Of a DNA stretch of 51,110 nt, positions 34,918-44,956 are shown in pieces. Below the pieces are notes generated by a model. It searched no databases, was not told where the DNA came from, and saw nothing but the letters and a program-made list of their open reading frames with translations. Within the stretch, counting starts at the first letter, position 1. Each line of letters opens with the position of its first letter. Origin of the DNA: Christensenellaceae bacterium (lineage in GTDB: Bacteria > Bacillota > Clostridia > Christensenellales > Borkfalkiaceae); NCBI GenBank assembly GCA_045639045.1, contig JAZUCI010000131.1, positions 1 through 51,110 on the forward strand. Direction: 5' to 3'. The position numbers and the translations under genes were made by a program.

Positions 34918-35982
34918 TTATTTATCCGCTTGCGGAGTGATGACCGTAAGCGTTAGATCCGTTTTCATAAAGGTGCGATACGCGCCCTTTTCCAAATACG
35001 CGGTGTTTTCAATGCGAATACCGAATTCATCCGCGAAATACACGCCCGGCTCGTTGGAAAAAACCATGCCGTCCGAAAGCGTTTCTGTGGATGATGGGGT
35101 AAGACGGGGATATTCGTGAATATTTACGCCGATGCCGTGGCCAAGGGAGTGGGTAAACGCTTCCCCGTAGCCTTGTGACTGTAAAAAATTACGCGCGATT
35201 GCATCCGCTTCTTTGCCACCCATACCGCTTGTTAAGGTTTTGGCAACCAAGTTATGCGCGCCGAGTACCGCGCCGTATGCGGAAAGAAACTTTGCGGTGG
35301 GCGTTCCGTAGAACACCGTACGCGTAATATCCGAAGCGTAGCCTTGGTACAACGCGCCAAAGTCCATTAACACGGGCTCGTTTTCTTTTAACTTTCTATC
35401 CCCTGGTACGTGATGGGGAACGGCGGAATTTTCCCCGAAAGCAACGATGGTGGAAAAGGAAGATCCTTCCGCGCCCAGCATTTGCATTTCGTAATCCAAC
35501 CGCGCCGCGAGTTGCCGTTCGGTAATCCCCGTAACGATGTTAGGAAGGATTTTTTGATACGCGCCTTCCGCAATTTCGCACGCTTTTTTGATATAGGAAA
35601 GTTCTTTTGCGTTTTTTACCATAGAAAGGGCGTACACACCGCTATCTACCGCAACGAACTCCTTTTTTAAACTTTGTAAATCCTGATAATCCTGAACGGT
35701 GGTCCGTTCAGCTTGAAAGCCCACGCGCTTTGCGTTTACAAGCAACCGTTCAAGGGTGGGATATAGGGTTTGCCCGTTTACCGTAACTACGGTAACTTCC
35801 CCTTCCGTTTGCTTTTTTGCGCCTTCCGCGTACCTAGCGTCCGTCAATAAAAAGGTTTCGCTTGGGGTAAGCAAAGCGTAGCCGAACGAACTTTTAAAAC
35901 GCGTGAAATACCACATCGTGTTTTCATCCGCGGTTAAAAACGCGTCTATCTTTTGCTTTGCCAAAAAATCCGTATAGCGCAT
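34918..35982 (-). CDS. pepP: Xaa-Pro aminopeptidase/dipeptidase (M24B; YqhT-like)
   Basis: 354 aa. Metal-ligand motifs DFGALYQGYASDITRT, HSLGHGIGVNIHE and NEPG...IENT. Upstream of efp, as B. subtilis yqhT is. Confidence 0.88.
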   Translation of the reverse strand: MRYTDFLAKQKIDAFLTADENTMWYFTRFKSSFGYALLTPSETFLLTDARYAEGAKKQTEGEVTVVTVNGQTLYPTLERLLVNAKRVGFQAERTTVQDYQDLQSLKKEFVAVDSGVYALSMVKNAKELSYIKKACEIAEGAYQKILPNIVTGITERQLAARLDYEMQMLGAEGSSFSTIVAFGENSAVPHHVPGDRKLKENEPVLMDFGALYQGYASDITRTVFYGTPTAKFLSAYGAVLGAHNLVAKTLTSGMGGKEADAIARNFLQSQGYGEAFTHSLGHGIGVNIHEYPRLTPSSTETLSDGMVFSNEPGVYFADEFGIRIENTAYLEKGAYRTFMKTDLTLTVITPQADK

Positions 35983-36039
35983 AGTTACCCTTATATTTTC
36001 GGTTTCTTTCCCTATTTTACCACATTTTGTATACGGTTG

Positions 36040-36885
36040 TCAATTACCCGCATAGATATCTTGCATAATTTTTGCTTCTTCCGCCTGTTTTCCATCCGAT
36101 TCGGAAATAATTACGGGGGTTAAGCCGTGCATTTTTAACGCTTTTGCAAGGGGGTGGAATTCGGGGCCGTAGATTTCGTCCTCAAATGTAAGGTGTTTAA
36201 TTTCCCCCTTCACGCCGTACATAATTTTACTGAAATGCACGTGGAAGTTTTGCACGCGTTCCTTTCCAAGCCCGTCAATTAAAGCTTGCAACACGTGGGA
36301 AAAATCTTCGGTGGTTTTTAGCGAGCCTTGTTCGCGCGCGTTGACGTGCCCAAAATCCACGCAAGGCACGAATAAGTTACTGATTTGGCAAAATTCAATA
36401 ATTTCATCCACCGTACCGATTTGCCCTTGCTTTCCCATAGTTTCGGGGCAAAAAATTAGGTCGTCCACACCCATTTCGTTAGCGATGGCGGGGAATTTAC
36501 TTAGGTTTTCCTTGGTGCGGGCAACCGCTTCTTCACGGGTGGCTTTGCCTTGGGTTGCGGGGTGAAAAATTACGCGGTTTGCCCCCATCGCTTTTGCCGC
36601 CTTGGCGGACGCGATTAAATACCCGAAGGATTTTTGCACCATTTCGGGATCGGGATTGGCAAAGTTGATGTAGTAGGGCGCGTGCACGCTAAACGCGATA
36701 TCGTAGGGCGCGAACGCTTCCTTTAAGGACTGCGCCTTTTCGGGGGTAATTCTTACCCCTTTGCCAAAGGAATATTCGTAAGCGGTAAGCCCCATATCCG
36801 CAATATACTTTGCCGCTTGCTCGGTTTTTTTATTACCGCGTTCGTAAAACGCAAGTTCGTTGCCACTTGGGCCGAAACGGATCAT
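36040..36885 (-). CDS. Endonuclease IV-like (AP endonuclease family 2 / xylose-isomerase-like TIM barrel) protein
   Basis: 281 aa. Motif series HAPYYINFA, FHPA, PETMG, VDFGH, HVHFS and ISES parallels E. coli Nfo HDSYLINLG, FHPG, ENTAG, IDTCH, HLND and ILET. Confidence 0.72.
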   Translation of the reverse strand: MIRFGPSGNELAFYERGNKKTEQAAKYIADMGLTAYEYSFGKGVRITPEKAQSLKEAFAPYDIAFSVHAPYYINFANPDPEMVQKSFGYLIASAKAAKAMGANRVIFHPATQGKATREEAVARTKENLSKFPAIANEMGVDDLIFCPETMGKQGQIGTVDEIIEFCQISNLFVPCVDFGHVNAREQGSLKTTEDFSHVLQALIDGLGKERVQNFHVHFSKIMYGVKGEIKHLTFEDEIYGPEFHPLAKALKMHGLTPVIISESDGKQAEEAKIMQDIYAGN

Positions 36886-37802
36886 CGTTCTATCTCCATC
36901 ACACGGGCCTTTTCCCCTGCGGTAACAAGGGTTTGCGCCGTGATTTTATCCTGATTGATTTGCTTGATTAGTTGCTCTGCCGAAGGGAACGGACGGATTT
37001 CGCGCAAATAGTCCATAAAATACACGCGCAAATTTTTGCCGTATAAATCCCCCGAAAAACCGTGGATATACGTTTCGATGAGCATTTTATTGCACCCAAA
37101 GGTGGGGGCGGCGCCCACGTTGGTTACCGCGGTGTACGGCGCGCCGTTAATAATACAAGCCGTGGCGTAAACCCCGGGTTTTAAAAAGGTTTGTTCGGTT
37201 ACCGAAAGGTTTGCGGTGGGAAATCCCATAGTTCTACCCACGCGCCTGCCTTCCAGCACCTTACCCATTACCGAATAAGGGCGGCCAAGCAACGCGTTTG
37301 CCGTTTGAATATCCCCTTTTAGCAAGGCGGTTTTAATTCTACTCGTTGCAATCTTTTCCCCATCGTAAAGTACGTCGGGCAAAATATCCACCGCAATACT
37401 GTGTTCCTTGGCAAAGGCAGTTAGGTGGGTTACGTTCCACGCCGCGTTTTTGCCGTAACGGTAGTCCTCCCCCGCGATAAATGCGCGGGCGGAGTGGTTT
37501 TTTACAAGGATATTTAGAAATTCTTCCCCCGTAAGGGATTGCAATTCCGCGTTAAAAGGCGCGGTAATGCAAGCGGAAACCCCCGTTTTTTGCATAAAAC
37601 GGAAGCGTTCTTCTTCCGCGTAAACGTTATCCCCCTTTACGCTACCCGTAAGGGTAAAGCAAGCGGGGGTAATACCCATACGGCTTGCCAAAGAAAGGGT
37701 ATGCGAAAAGACGGCCAAATGCCCTTGGTGCATGCTATCAAACAGCCCAAGGCAAATCGCCTTTTCCCCTTCACTTTTTTCGTTTAGCCGTAAAATTTCC
37801 AT
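36882..37802 (-). CDS. ribF: Bifunctional riboflavin kinase / FMN adenylyltransferase
   Basis: 306 aa. LGLFDSMHQGH nucleotidyltransferase motif and GFPTANL riboflavin-kinase motif. Confidence 0.92.
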   Translation of the reverse strand: MEILRLNEKSEGEKAICLGLFDSMHQGHLAVFSHTLSLASRMGITPACFTLTGSVKGDNVYAEEERFRFMQKTGVSACITAPFNAELQSLTGEEFLNILVKNHSARAFIAGEDYRYGKNAAWNVTHLTAFAKEHSIAVDILPDVLYDGEKIATSRIKTALLKGDIQTANALLGRPYSVMGKVLEGRRVGRTMGFPTANLSVTEQTFLKPGVYATACIINGAPYTAVTNVGAAPTFGCNKMLIETYIHGFSGDLYGKNLRVYFMDYLREIRPFPSAEQLIKQINQDKITAQTLVTAGEKARVMEIER

Positions 37803-37842
37803 ATTGTATTCGTCCGTTTTCTTCTCTATGAGAAGAAAGATT

Positions 37843-38697
37843 TTATATATCTTCCCTTAAATAGGCTTTAATTTTTAATTTGGTTTGGGTAATTTCCCCC
37901 ACACCTAAAATGCGGTCTTCCCCAAAAACCGTGTAAATTCCGTCCCCGTAGGGCAAGTTTACGGGAAGCCCGTCAATCACCCTTTTGGTGAATTTCGCGT
38001 TTAGCGTAATGGTGGGAAAAGATAGCGCTTTTTCGGGCGGAATGATTGCCGCCGCGATATTTTCGGCGGTTAAATCTTCCATTTTTACGCCGTTTTCCAA
38101 GGTAAAAACACCGCTTTGGGTACGGCAAAGGGCGGTCATCGTGGCAAGCGAACCTGCCGCGTAGCCGATATCCCGAATAAGCGAACGGATATAAGTTCCG
38201 CCCCCGCAAGCAATGCGGATGCGGTGTTTATTTTCTTCCGTTTGCCCTAAATATTCTATATTTTCAATATGTACGGTTTTTGCCGCCAAGGTGAATTCCA
38301 CACCCTTTCTTGCAAGCGCGTAGCCGCGTTTTCCGTTTACAAAACACGCCGAATACGCGGGGGGGACTTGGGAAATATCCCCAAGGAAATTCGGAATAAC
38401 CGAAAGCAGCGTTTCCTTATCGGGAATTACATCCGTGGTTTTTACTATCTGCCCCGTGGCGTCTAACGTATCCCGTTCTTCCCCAAAGATAAATTCCGCT
38501 TCGTACGTTTTTTTCTTTTCGGTTAAAAAGGGAAATAGGCGGGTTGCTTTACCCACCGCAATGGGTAAAACGCCCGAAGCCATGGGATCTAACGTACCCA
38601 TATGCCCCGTAGCAAGCCCCGTGATACGGCGCACCGCCGATACCGCGCGGGTGGAATTGCAATTTTCGGGTTTAATTACCGAAAGAATGCCTTGCAT
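37843..38697 (-). CDS. truB: tRNA pseudouridine(55) synthase
   Basis: 284 aa. Catalytic HMGTLDPMASGVLPI plus GGGTYIRSL. Confidence 0.93.
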   Translation of the reverse strand: MQGILSVIKPENCNSTRAVSAVRRITGLATGHMGTLDPMASGVLPIAVGKATRLFPFLTEKKKTYEAEFIFGEERDTLDATGQIVKTTDVIPDKETLLSVIPNFLGDISQVPPAYSACFVNGKRGYALARKGVEFTLAAKTVHIENIEYLGQTEENKHRIRIACGGGTYIRSLIRDIGYAAGSLATMTALCRTQSGVFTLENGVKMEDLTAENIAAAIIPPEKALSFPTITLNAKFTKRVIDGLPVNLPYGDGIYTVFGEDRILGVGEITQTKLKIKAYLREDI

Positions 38698-38699
38698 AC

Positions 38700-39653
38700 T
38701 TAGTCCTCCAAATAATTCCCTGCTTGGAATACGAGTTTATCCCATACGTCTTCTTGATAGCCGTTCAGCATACAGCCCGAAGCCATAACGTGCCCGCCGC
38801 CGCCGAATACGCCCGCCAAACGGTTTACGTCCGACTTGCCCTTACTGCGGAAACTGACTTTAAAGGATTTTGCCCCCACTTGCATGGTGGAAATGGCAAT
38901 TTCTACCCCATCTACCGAAAGGGGGAAATCAATAAAGCCTTCGGTAATATCTTGCTTTGCGTTATAGTAGTTCAGTTGTTCGGTAGAAACGGAAATCAAC
39001 GCCACTTTTCCACCGTGGAAAAAGCGCATTTGCCCCATTACTTCCGCAAACAGTTTTGCGCGCGTAGGCGATTGGCTTTTGAACATCTTCCGCGCAATGC
39101 GGTGTACTTCCCCACCTACTTCTACAAGTTCGCCCGCAATTTTTAAGGTGCGGTCGGTTACGTTGTTGTGCGCGAAATGCCCCGTATCCGTGGAAATGCC
39201 CATAAGCAGGGCGTTTGCCATATCCTTGGTAATTTTTACGCCCAACGCTTGCGCTAACAAAAAGATCAGTTCGCAAGTGGCGGCGCAATCTTCCACGTAA
39301 GAAAGCTTTGCAAAACGGGTGTTAGAAACGTGGTGATCAATCACCACCGTATCGTTTTTACCGCTAAATAAATAGGATAGCGCGCCCAAACGGTTTTCGT
39401 CCGCGCAGTCTACCGCAAGGTAGATATCGTAGGGGGTTTTGCATTCGGTGGAAAAGGCGGAAATATCCCCAAATTCCCCAAATTTCGCGGGGATTTCCCC
39501 ATCGCAAAACAAGGAAACCTTTTTCCCCAGCGCTTCCAATATCAGTTTTACCCCAAGGGCGCTACCCACGGTATCCCCATCCGGGCGAATATGACTGAAA
39601 ACGGCAATAGATTTGCCGTTTTCCAGTTTTTTTGCGATTTGTTCAATATTCAC
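38700..39653 (-). CDS. nrnA: DHH/DHHA1 phosphoesterase (NrnA-like oligoribonuclease / pAp phosphatase)
   Basis: Motifs HIRPDGDTVGS, VDCAD, IDHH and GGGGHVMASG. I start it at GTG 39653 (VNIEQIAKKL...). The track ORF extends 59 codons further into rbfA in an Arg-rich, non-protein-like stretch. Confidence 0.85.
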   Translation of the reverse strand: MNIEQIAKKLENGKSIAVFSHIRPDGDTVGSALGVKLILEALGKKVSLFCDGEIPAKFGEFGDISAFSTECKTPYDIYLAVDCADENRLGALSYLFSGKNDTVVIDHHVSNTRFAKLSYVEDCAATCELIFLLAQALGVKITKDMANALLMGISTDTGHFAHNNVTDRTLKIAGELVEVGGEVHRIARKMFKSQSPTRAKLFAEVMGQMRFFHGGKVALISVSTEQLNYYNAKQDITEGFIDFPLSVDGVEIAISTMQVGAKSFKVSFRSKGKSDVNRLAGVFGGGGHVMASGCMLNGYQEDVWDKLVFQAGNYLED

Positions 39654-40018
39654 TAATCTTCTTCCCTTTCGCCCGTGGGCGTAATGGTTTGTAAAATGCG
39701 ATTGATTTTTTCGCTGTACGACATAGAGTCGTCTTCTAAAAAGGTCAGTTCGGGAACGGTACGCTGCGTCATACGGCGGGAAAGTTCGCGCCGTACGGTT
39801 TTTGCGTTGTTCACGATGGTGGTAAAGCAAAGTTTCCGCTTTTCTTCATCCTGTTGGAACACGCTAACGTAAACGCGCGCGTGCTTTAAATCGGGGGATA
39901 CGTCCACCGACATAATGCTAACCAAACCCGAAATCCCATCCGTTTTTAAGTTGGAAATGATATCCGCAATTTCCTTGCGGTATTCTTGTTGCAGCTGGTC
40001 TATACGCTTACTTGCCAT
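39653..40018 (-). CDS. rbfA: Ribosome-binding factor A
   Basis: 121 aa. ...IMSVDVSPDLKHARVYVS... Confidence 0.92.
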   Translation of the reverse strand: MASKRIDQLQQEYRKEIADIISNLKTDGISGLVSIMSVDVSPDLKHARVYVSVFQQDEEKRKLCFTTIVNNAKTVRRELSRRMTQRTVPELTFLEDDSMSYSEKINRILQTITPTGEREED

Positions 40019-40027
40019 ACAGCCACC

Positions 40028-42712
40028 TTATTCCTTTTCCTTTACGATATAGCATTCGATGATATCGTCGTTTTTAATATCGTTGAAGTTTTCAATGGAG
40101 ATACCGCATTCGTAACCCGTTGCAACTTCCTTAACGTCGTCCTTAAAGCGTTTTAACTGACGAACGGCGCCTTCGCAAATCATTACGTCGTTACGGTAAA
40201 TACGAAGTTTCCCTTCGCGTACCATTTTCCCTTCGATAACGTAGCAACCAGCAACCGTACCAACGCCCGTAATACGGAAGGTATCGCGTACTTCCGCTTT
40301 CCCCGTAAGTACGTCCTCCATCTTGGGCGCAAGCATACCTTTAAGTGCTTTTTCTACGTCCTCGATCGCTTCGTAGATAACGCGGTACAGTTTTACGTCT
40401 ACACCGCTTCTTTCCGCCATAACCTTCGCCTTGCTATCCGGGCGCACGTTAAAGCCGATGATAACCGCTTTAGAAGATTGCGCAAGCATTACGTCCGATT
40501 CGGTGATTGCGCCTGCTGCGGCGTGGATTACCGAAATCTTCACTTCGTCGTTGCTCAATTTTACCAAGGATTGCTTAACCGCTTCTACCGAACCTTGAAC
40601 GTCCGCTTTTACGATTAAGTTCAAGCTCTTGATATCTTGCTTGAATACGTCTTCCAACGTTACCTTGGAAGCGTTGTGAATCATTGCTTCACGTTCCTTA
40701 TTACGGCGTTCTTCTGCAACTAACTTGGTCAGTTTTTCTTCTTCAACCGCAATTAAGCTATCCCCCGTATTGGGTACGTCTTCAAGCCCAAGAACGGATA
40801 CGGCTGCGGAAGGGCCTGCTTCCTTCACCGTTCTGCCCTTATCGTCAATCATCGCGCGAACGCGGCCAACCACGGTGCCCGCAACGATGTTATCCCCCGT
40901 GCGGAGGGTACCGTTTTGTACAAGTACGGTGGCAACGGGACCTTTACCCTTATCCAACTTTGCTTCGATGATAACACCGCGCGCTTTTCTATCGGGATTG
41001 CACTTTAATTCTTTTACTTCTGCAAGTAAAATCAAGTTTTCTAACAGAACGTCTACGTTTTCGCCCGTTTTCGCGGATACGGGAACCATCATTACGTCCC
41101 CACCCCATTCTTCAATTAAAATACCGTGTTCGGTAAGTTCTTGCTTCACGCGGTCGATATTCGCGGTGGGCTTATCAATTTTGTTGCAAGCGATTACGAT
41201 GGAAACGCCTGCCGCCTTTGCGTGGTTGATGGCTTCTACCGTTTGGGGCATGATGCCGTCGTCCGCTGCAATTACGATAACCGCGATATCCGTGGCTTGC
41301 GCACCGCGCATACGCATTGCGGTGAACGCTTCGTGCCCGGGGGTATCCAAGAAGGTTACGGTTTCACCCTTTACCGAAACGCTATACGCGCCGATGTGTT
41401 GGGTAATACCGCCCGCTTCCCCTTCGGTTACGTTGGTGTGGCGAATACGGTCAAGTAGCGAGGTTTTACCGTGGTCAACGTGCCCCATAACCGCAATAAC
41501 GGGGGGACGTTTTACCGCTGCAATTTCATCCGTTTCGGTATCGCGACTTGCTTCGTTTAAGATATCTTCGGCGGTTTTATCCAATTGCAATTCCAGTTCG
41601 ATACCCAAATCCGCCGCAATAAAGCCTGCGGTATCGTAATCTACGGTATCGTTAATGGTCTTCATGATGCCTTCCTTAAACAGGCGCTTGGTGATTTCCG
41701 CCGCCGTGATGCCAAGTTTTTCCGAAAGGACTTTAATTGCGATAATTTCGGTGTTGATAATCGCTTTTTCAATTTTGATTTGGGGCGTTTGCTGTTTAGT
41801 TTTCGCTTTCTTTACGCGAAGTTTTCTGTAACCGCTTTCCTTATCGTCAAAATCTTCAATTTTCAGTTCACGCGAAATTAAAGCGCGCTTGCTAACGGTT
41901 GCCTTTTTATCGTCGTAACTTTTGCCGTCCGCCTTCTTCTTTGCGGGGCCGAAAGATTTCGTTGCTTCCTTGGGGAAGGCGGGCATTTCCATTTTAGGTG
42001 CGCCACCCATGGGTCTGGGCATTCTGGGCGCACCCGTACCGCCTTGGGGTTTATCGCCAAAGGGACGGCGTTCGCCTTGGGGACGGTCGCCAAAGGGTTT
42101 TCTTTCCCCTTGGGGACGGTCACCGTAAGGACGGCGTTCGCCTTGGGGGCGATCACCAAAAGGTCTTCTTTCCCCTTGGGGACGGTCGCCGTAAGGACGG
42201 CGTTCGCCTTGACCGGGGGTAAACTCTCTACGGGGTTGACCTTGCGCGGGGCGGAATTCTTGGCGTTGCGCTGCGGCTGCTTGCGCCGCCTTTTTCGCTT
42301 CCATTTCCGCTTTCAAGCGTTCGCGTTCTTCCGCCCTTGCCTTGGCTTCGGCTTCTTCTTGCGCCTTAGCGCGGGCAATTTCTTCCGCTTTTGCGCGTTC
42401 TTCCGCTTCTTTTTTAGCGATTTCCGCTTGCTTTTTCGCATTTTCCGCAGCAATGCGTTCGGCTTCTAATCTTGCCGCTTCGTTTGCCTTGGCTTGTTCT
42501 TTTTCTTCGGCAAGGCGCTTTTCTTCCGCTTCTTCACGTTCCTTTTTCATGCGAAGGTAGTCCTTGCCCTTTTCGTCTAATCTTTTCAGTACGTCCCCAA
42601 TGTTACGCTTCAAATCCGAAAAGCCTTTCTTCAGACCTTCGATTTCGTTGGTCTTAAAGTCCTTGATTTTATCTAACGTTAGGGTTTCTTTTTGAATTTC
42701 TTTATCTGCCAT
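40028..42712 (-). CDS. infB: Translation initiation factor IF-2
   Basis: 894 aa. G domain GHVDHGKTSLLD, DTPGHEAF, NKID. The long charged N-terminal region contains tandem repeats. Confidence 0.97.
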   Translation of the reverse strand: MADKEIQKETLTLDKIKDFKTNEIEGLKKGFSDLKRNIGDVLKRLDEKGKDYLRMKKEREEAEEKRLAEEKEQAKANEAARLEAERIAAENAKKQAEIAKKEAEERAKAEEIARAKAQEEAEAKARAEERERLKAEMEAKKAAQAAAAQRQEFRPAQGQPRREFTPGQGERRPYGDRPQGERRPFGDRPQGERRPYGDRPQGERKPFGDRPQGERRPFGDKPQGGTGAPRMPRPMGGAPKMEMPAFPKEATKSFGPAKKKADGKSYDDKKATVSKRALISRELKIEDFDDKESGYRKLRVKKAKTKQQTPQIKIEKAIINTEIIAIKVLSEKLGITAAEITKRLFKEGIMKTINDTVDYDTAGFIAADLGIELELQLDKTAEDILNEASRDTETDEIAAVKRPPVIAVMGHVDHGKTSLLDRIRHTNVTEGEAGGITQHIGAYSVSVKGETVTFLDTPGHEAFTAMRMRGAQATDIAVIVIAADDGIMPQTVEAINHAKAAGVSIVIACNKIDKPTANIDRVKQELTEHGILIEEWGGDVMMVPVSAKTGENVDVLLENLILLAEVKELKCNPDRKARGVIIEAKLDKGKGPVATVLVQNGTLRTGDNIVAGTVVGRVRAMIDDKGRTVKEAGPSAAVSVLGLEDVPNTGDSLIAVEEEKLTKLVAEERRNKEREAMIHNASKVTLEDVFKQDIKSLNLIVKADVQGSVEAVKQSLVKLSNDEVKISVIHAAAGAITESDVMLAQSSKAVIIGFNVRPDSKAKVMAERSGVDVKLYRVIYEAIEDVEKALKGMLAPKMEDVLTGKAEVRDTFRITGVGTVAGCYVIEGKMVREGKLRIYRNDVMICEGAVRQLKRFKDDVKEVATGYECGISIENFNDIKNDDIIECYIVKEKE
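42036..42210 (-). repeat. In-frame 33-nt tandem repeat (~5.3 units; 66-nt higher-order periodicity) inside infB
   Basis: The units ggggacggtc(g/a)cc(a/g)(a/t)aagg...cctt encode (G)ERRP(Y/F)GDRPQ five times. Alternate units are more alike than adjacent ones. Confidence 0.85.
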
Positions 42713-42713
42713 T

Positions 42714-43028
42714 TCAGTTCTCCGTTTCTTCTAAAATGCTAAACGTTTCGCCCACGTTTTCCAGTATGGCGCGCGCCAAATTCGTATCCGTTACCGCTAT
42801 TAACTTGCAGTTTTCTTTGTGAACCAAATTTTCAACGGGTTCTTTACTTACAAGTAGCGGCGCGTGAAATTTTTTAGAAAGCGATTTTGCATCCTTAACC
42901 GTGTTTTCCTTTGCCGTACTGCACAGAATAAGGAGGCACGCTTTTTTTTGGTAAGATACGGCGTTTACGCCCTTTACCACCGCGCGTTTTCTTTGCGCGA
43001 ATCCCAAAAAGGTAATTGCTTTATCCAA
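42714..43028 (-). CDS. ylxQ: L7Ae/L30e-family RNA-binding protein YlxQ
   Basis: 104 aa, TTG start 6 nt after GGAGG. Lies between ylxR and infB as in B. subtilis. Confidence 0.8.
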   Translation of the reverse strand: MDKAITFLGFAQRKRAVVKGVNAVSYQKKACLLILCSTAKENTVKDAKSLSKKFHAPLLVSKEPVENLVHKENCKLIAVTDTNLARAILENVGETFSILEETEN

Positions 43029-43281
43029 GGAGCGCCTCCTTTAGATAAGCGTACACTTCTTCGGGAATTTCTACACCGAAAATTTTATTTAAGAACTTTG
43101 CTTTTAGCATACGGTTTGCGCAAGAAGGTTCCTTGCATACATACGCGCCCCTGCCGTTCATTTTTCCCGTTTCGTCCACCTTCACTTCCCCTTCGGGGGT
43201 ACGGACGATGCGGATTAACTGTTGCTTGGGGTAGGAATTTCTGCAACAAACGCACGTTCTTAAGGGAATCTTTTTTTCCAT
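43021..43281 (-). CDS. ylxR: YlxR/RnpM (DUF448) RNA-binding protein
   Basis: 86 aa. IPLRTCVCCR...GRGAYVC. Confidence 0.88.
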   Translation of the reverse strand: MEKKIPLRTCVCCRNSYPKQQLIRIVRTPEGEVKVDETGKMNGRGAYVCKEPSCANRMLKAKFLNKIFGVEIPEEVYAYLKEALLG

Positions 43282-43304
43282 ACTGAAAAATCCTTTCTCC
43301 GTTT

Positions 43305-44444
43305 TTAGATCTCCAAGTTACCTTCTGCTTCTTCCACGGGAACTTCAATATCCACGCCGTACTTTTCCAAATCCTTTTCGGCAAGTTCGGCTTCGTGTTC
43401 TAACATATAGCTTTCGCTTTTTACGTCAATCTTCCAACCCGTAAGGCGAGCGGCAAGACGCGCGTTTTGGCCGTTTCTGCCAATGGCAAGCGAAAGCACG
43501 TCGTCCGCTACTACTACGCGCGCCGCTTTTTGTTGTTCGGAAAGCATAATTACGCGTTGTACTTTTGCGGGGGAAAGGGCTTTTGCAATGAATTCCAAGG
43601 GATTTTCGTTCCAAAGGATGATATCGATTTTTTCACGGCCGAGTTCGGCAACTACCGCGTTTACACGCGCGCCCTTATTACCAACGCACGCGCCCACGGG
43701 ATCGATACGGGAATCTTCCGCGTAAATGGCGATTTTGGTTCTTTCGCCCGCTTCACGCGCAACGGCCTTTACTTCTACGTAGCCTTGGCGGATTTCGGGT
43801 ACTTCGTTTTCAAACAAACGCTTTACTAAACCTGCGCAAGAACGGGAAACCAAAACTTGCGCGTTTCTACCCATACTCTTTACGCGTTTTACGTATACCT
43901 TTAACTTATCGTTAACGCGATATTCTTCTCCGCGGGTTTGGTCTTGGGGAAGCATAACGCCTTCCATTTCGCCTTGCCCTAAATCCACGTAAACGTTGCC
44001 GTTTTCTACGCGGCGAACCAAGCAGGTCATCAGTTCGTCCTCTTTATCCGAGAAAGCGGAAAGGGTATTATCGCGTTCTGCTTCACGCAGTTTTTGCATA
44101 ATTACTTGCTTTGCGGTTTGCGCGGCGATACGGCCTACGTCCTTGGGAATAAATTCTTTGGTGATTACGTCCCCGATTTTGGCGTTGGGATTTTCTTCCT
44201 GCGCGTCCAAAATCCAGATTTCGTTTTCTTCATCCTCTACGTCTTCCACAACCGTTTTTACGCTGAAAAAGCGGATGCTGCCCTTTTCGGGATCCGTTTC
44301 CATTACGATTTTAGAAGCGATACCCGTTTGGCGCTTATAAGCGAAGCCTACTGCGTTTCTCAACGTTTCCAAAAACACTTCGCTGCTAATGCCTTTTTCG
44401 CGTTCTAAATCTTCCAGAGCGGCAAAAAATTCCTTGTTAATCAT
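43305..44444 (-). CDS. nusA: Transcription termination/antitermination factor NusA
   Basis: 379 aa with N-terminal, S1 and two KH domains (VGACVGNKGARV, AIGRNGQNARLAARL). Confidence 0.96.
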   Translation of the reverse strand: MINKEFFAALEDLEREKGISSEVFLETLRNAVGFAYKRQTGIASKIVMETDPEKGSIRFFSVKTVVEDVEDEENEIWILDAQEENPNAKIGDVITKEFIPKDVGRIAAQTAKQVIMQKLREAERDNTLSAFSDKEDELMTCLVRRVENGNVYVDLGQGEMEGVMLPQDQTRGEEYRVNDKLKVYVKRVKSMGRNAQVLVSRSCAGLVKRLFENEVPEIRQGYVEVKAVAREAGERTKIAIYAEDSRIDPVGACVGNKGARVNAVVAELGREKIDIILWNENPLEFIAKALSPAKVQRVIMLSEQQKAARVVVADDVLSLAIGRNGQNARLAARLTGWKIDVKSESYMLEHEAELAEKDLEKYGVDIEVPVEEAEGNLEI

Positions 44445-44470
44445 TTCCTTTCTCCTTTCCCTTTTTGGGA

Positions 44471-44932
44471 TTAATCAAAGACGACGCCTTGATTGATTTT
44501 CGCTATTTTCGTTTTTTGTAAGCGGTAGGTTTTGCCGTTTTCTTCCACGGTAACCGTACCTTGATCGAAGGCGACCATAACGCCTTCAAAGTATTTCTTA
44601 CCCTGTTCGGGCGAATACAGTTTTACTTCAACCAACTTTCCCAAATTCCTTTCGTAGTCCCGTTCGGTTTTAAAGGGACGGTCTACCCCGGCGCTGGATA
44701 CGTTTAAGGTATAGGGCGCGCCGAAGGTGGGATCCAATTCGTCCAATGCGGGATCGACTGCGTTGTGGTACGCTTCGCAATCGTTTAAATCGATGCCCCC
44801 TTCCTTATCCAAAAAGATGGTTAAGGCGGGCTCCCTACCGTTTTTGAAAAGAACTTCCACCACTTCGAACCCAAAGGGTTCCGCAACGGTTTTTGCAAGC
44901 GTTTCTATTTCCGAAACGTCCTTCACTTTCAT
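44471..44932 (-). CDS. rimP: Ribosome maturation factor RimP
   Basis: 153 aa. ...YTLNVSSAGVDRPF... First gene of the nusA-infB operon. Confidence 0.9.
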   Translation of the reverse strand: MKVKDVSEIETLAKTVAEPFGFEVVEVLFKNGREPALTIFLDKEGGIDLNDCEAYHNAVDPALDELDPTFGAPYTLNVSSAGVDRPFKTERDYERNLGKLVEVKLYSPEQGKKYFEGVMVAFDQGTVTVEENGKTYRLQKTKIAKINQGVVFD

Positions 44933-44956
44933 ACATTTTCCCCCTTATAAAAGGAT

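Noticed and set aside
39654-39830. N-terminal 59-codon extension of the NrnA ORF given in the track (38700-39830)
   Set aside because: The extension overlaps rbfA out of frame and translates to Arg/His-rich sequence. The conserved DHH-family N-terminus starts at the GTG at 39653, which overlaps the rbfA stop by 1 nt.
40725-41639. 304-aa plus-strand ORF, plus several neighbouring ORFs at 41126-42657, antisense to infB
   Set aside because: These are shadow ORFs opposite a strongly supported gene. The products are low-complexity, Ser/Thr/Ala/Pro-rich or Arg/Gly-rich. None has an RBS or promoter.
43085-43384. 99-aa minus-strand ORF overlapping the ylxR and nusA junction
   Set aside because: It is an alternative frame across two conserved genes. 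The product is basic and low-complexity, and there is no independent RBS.
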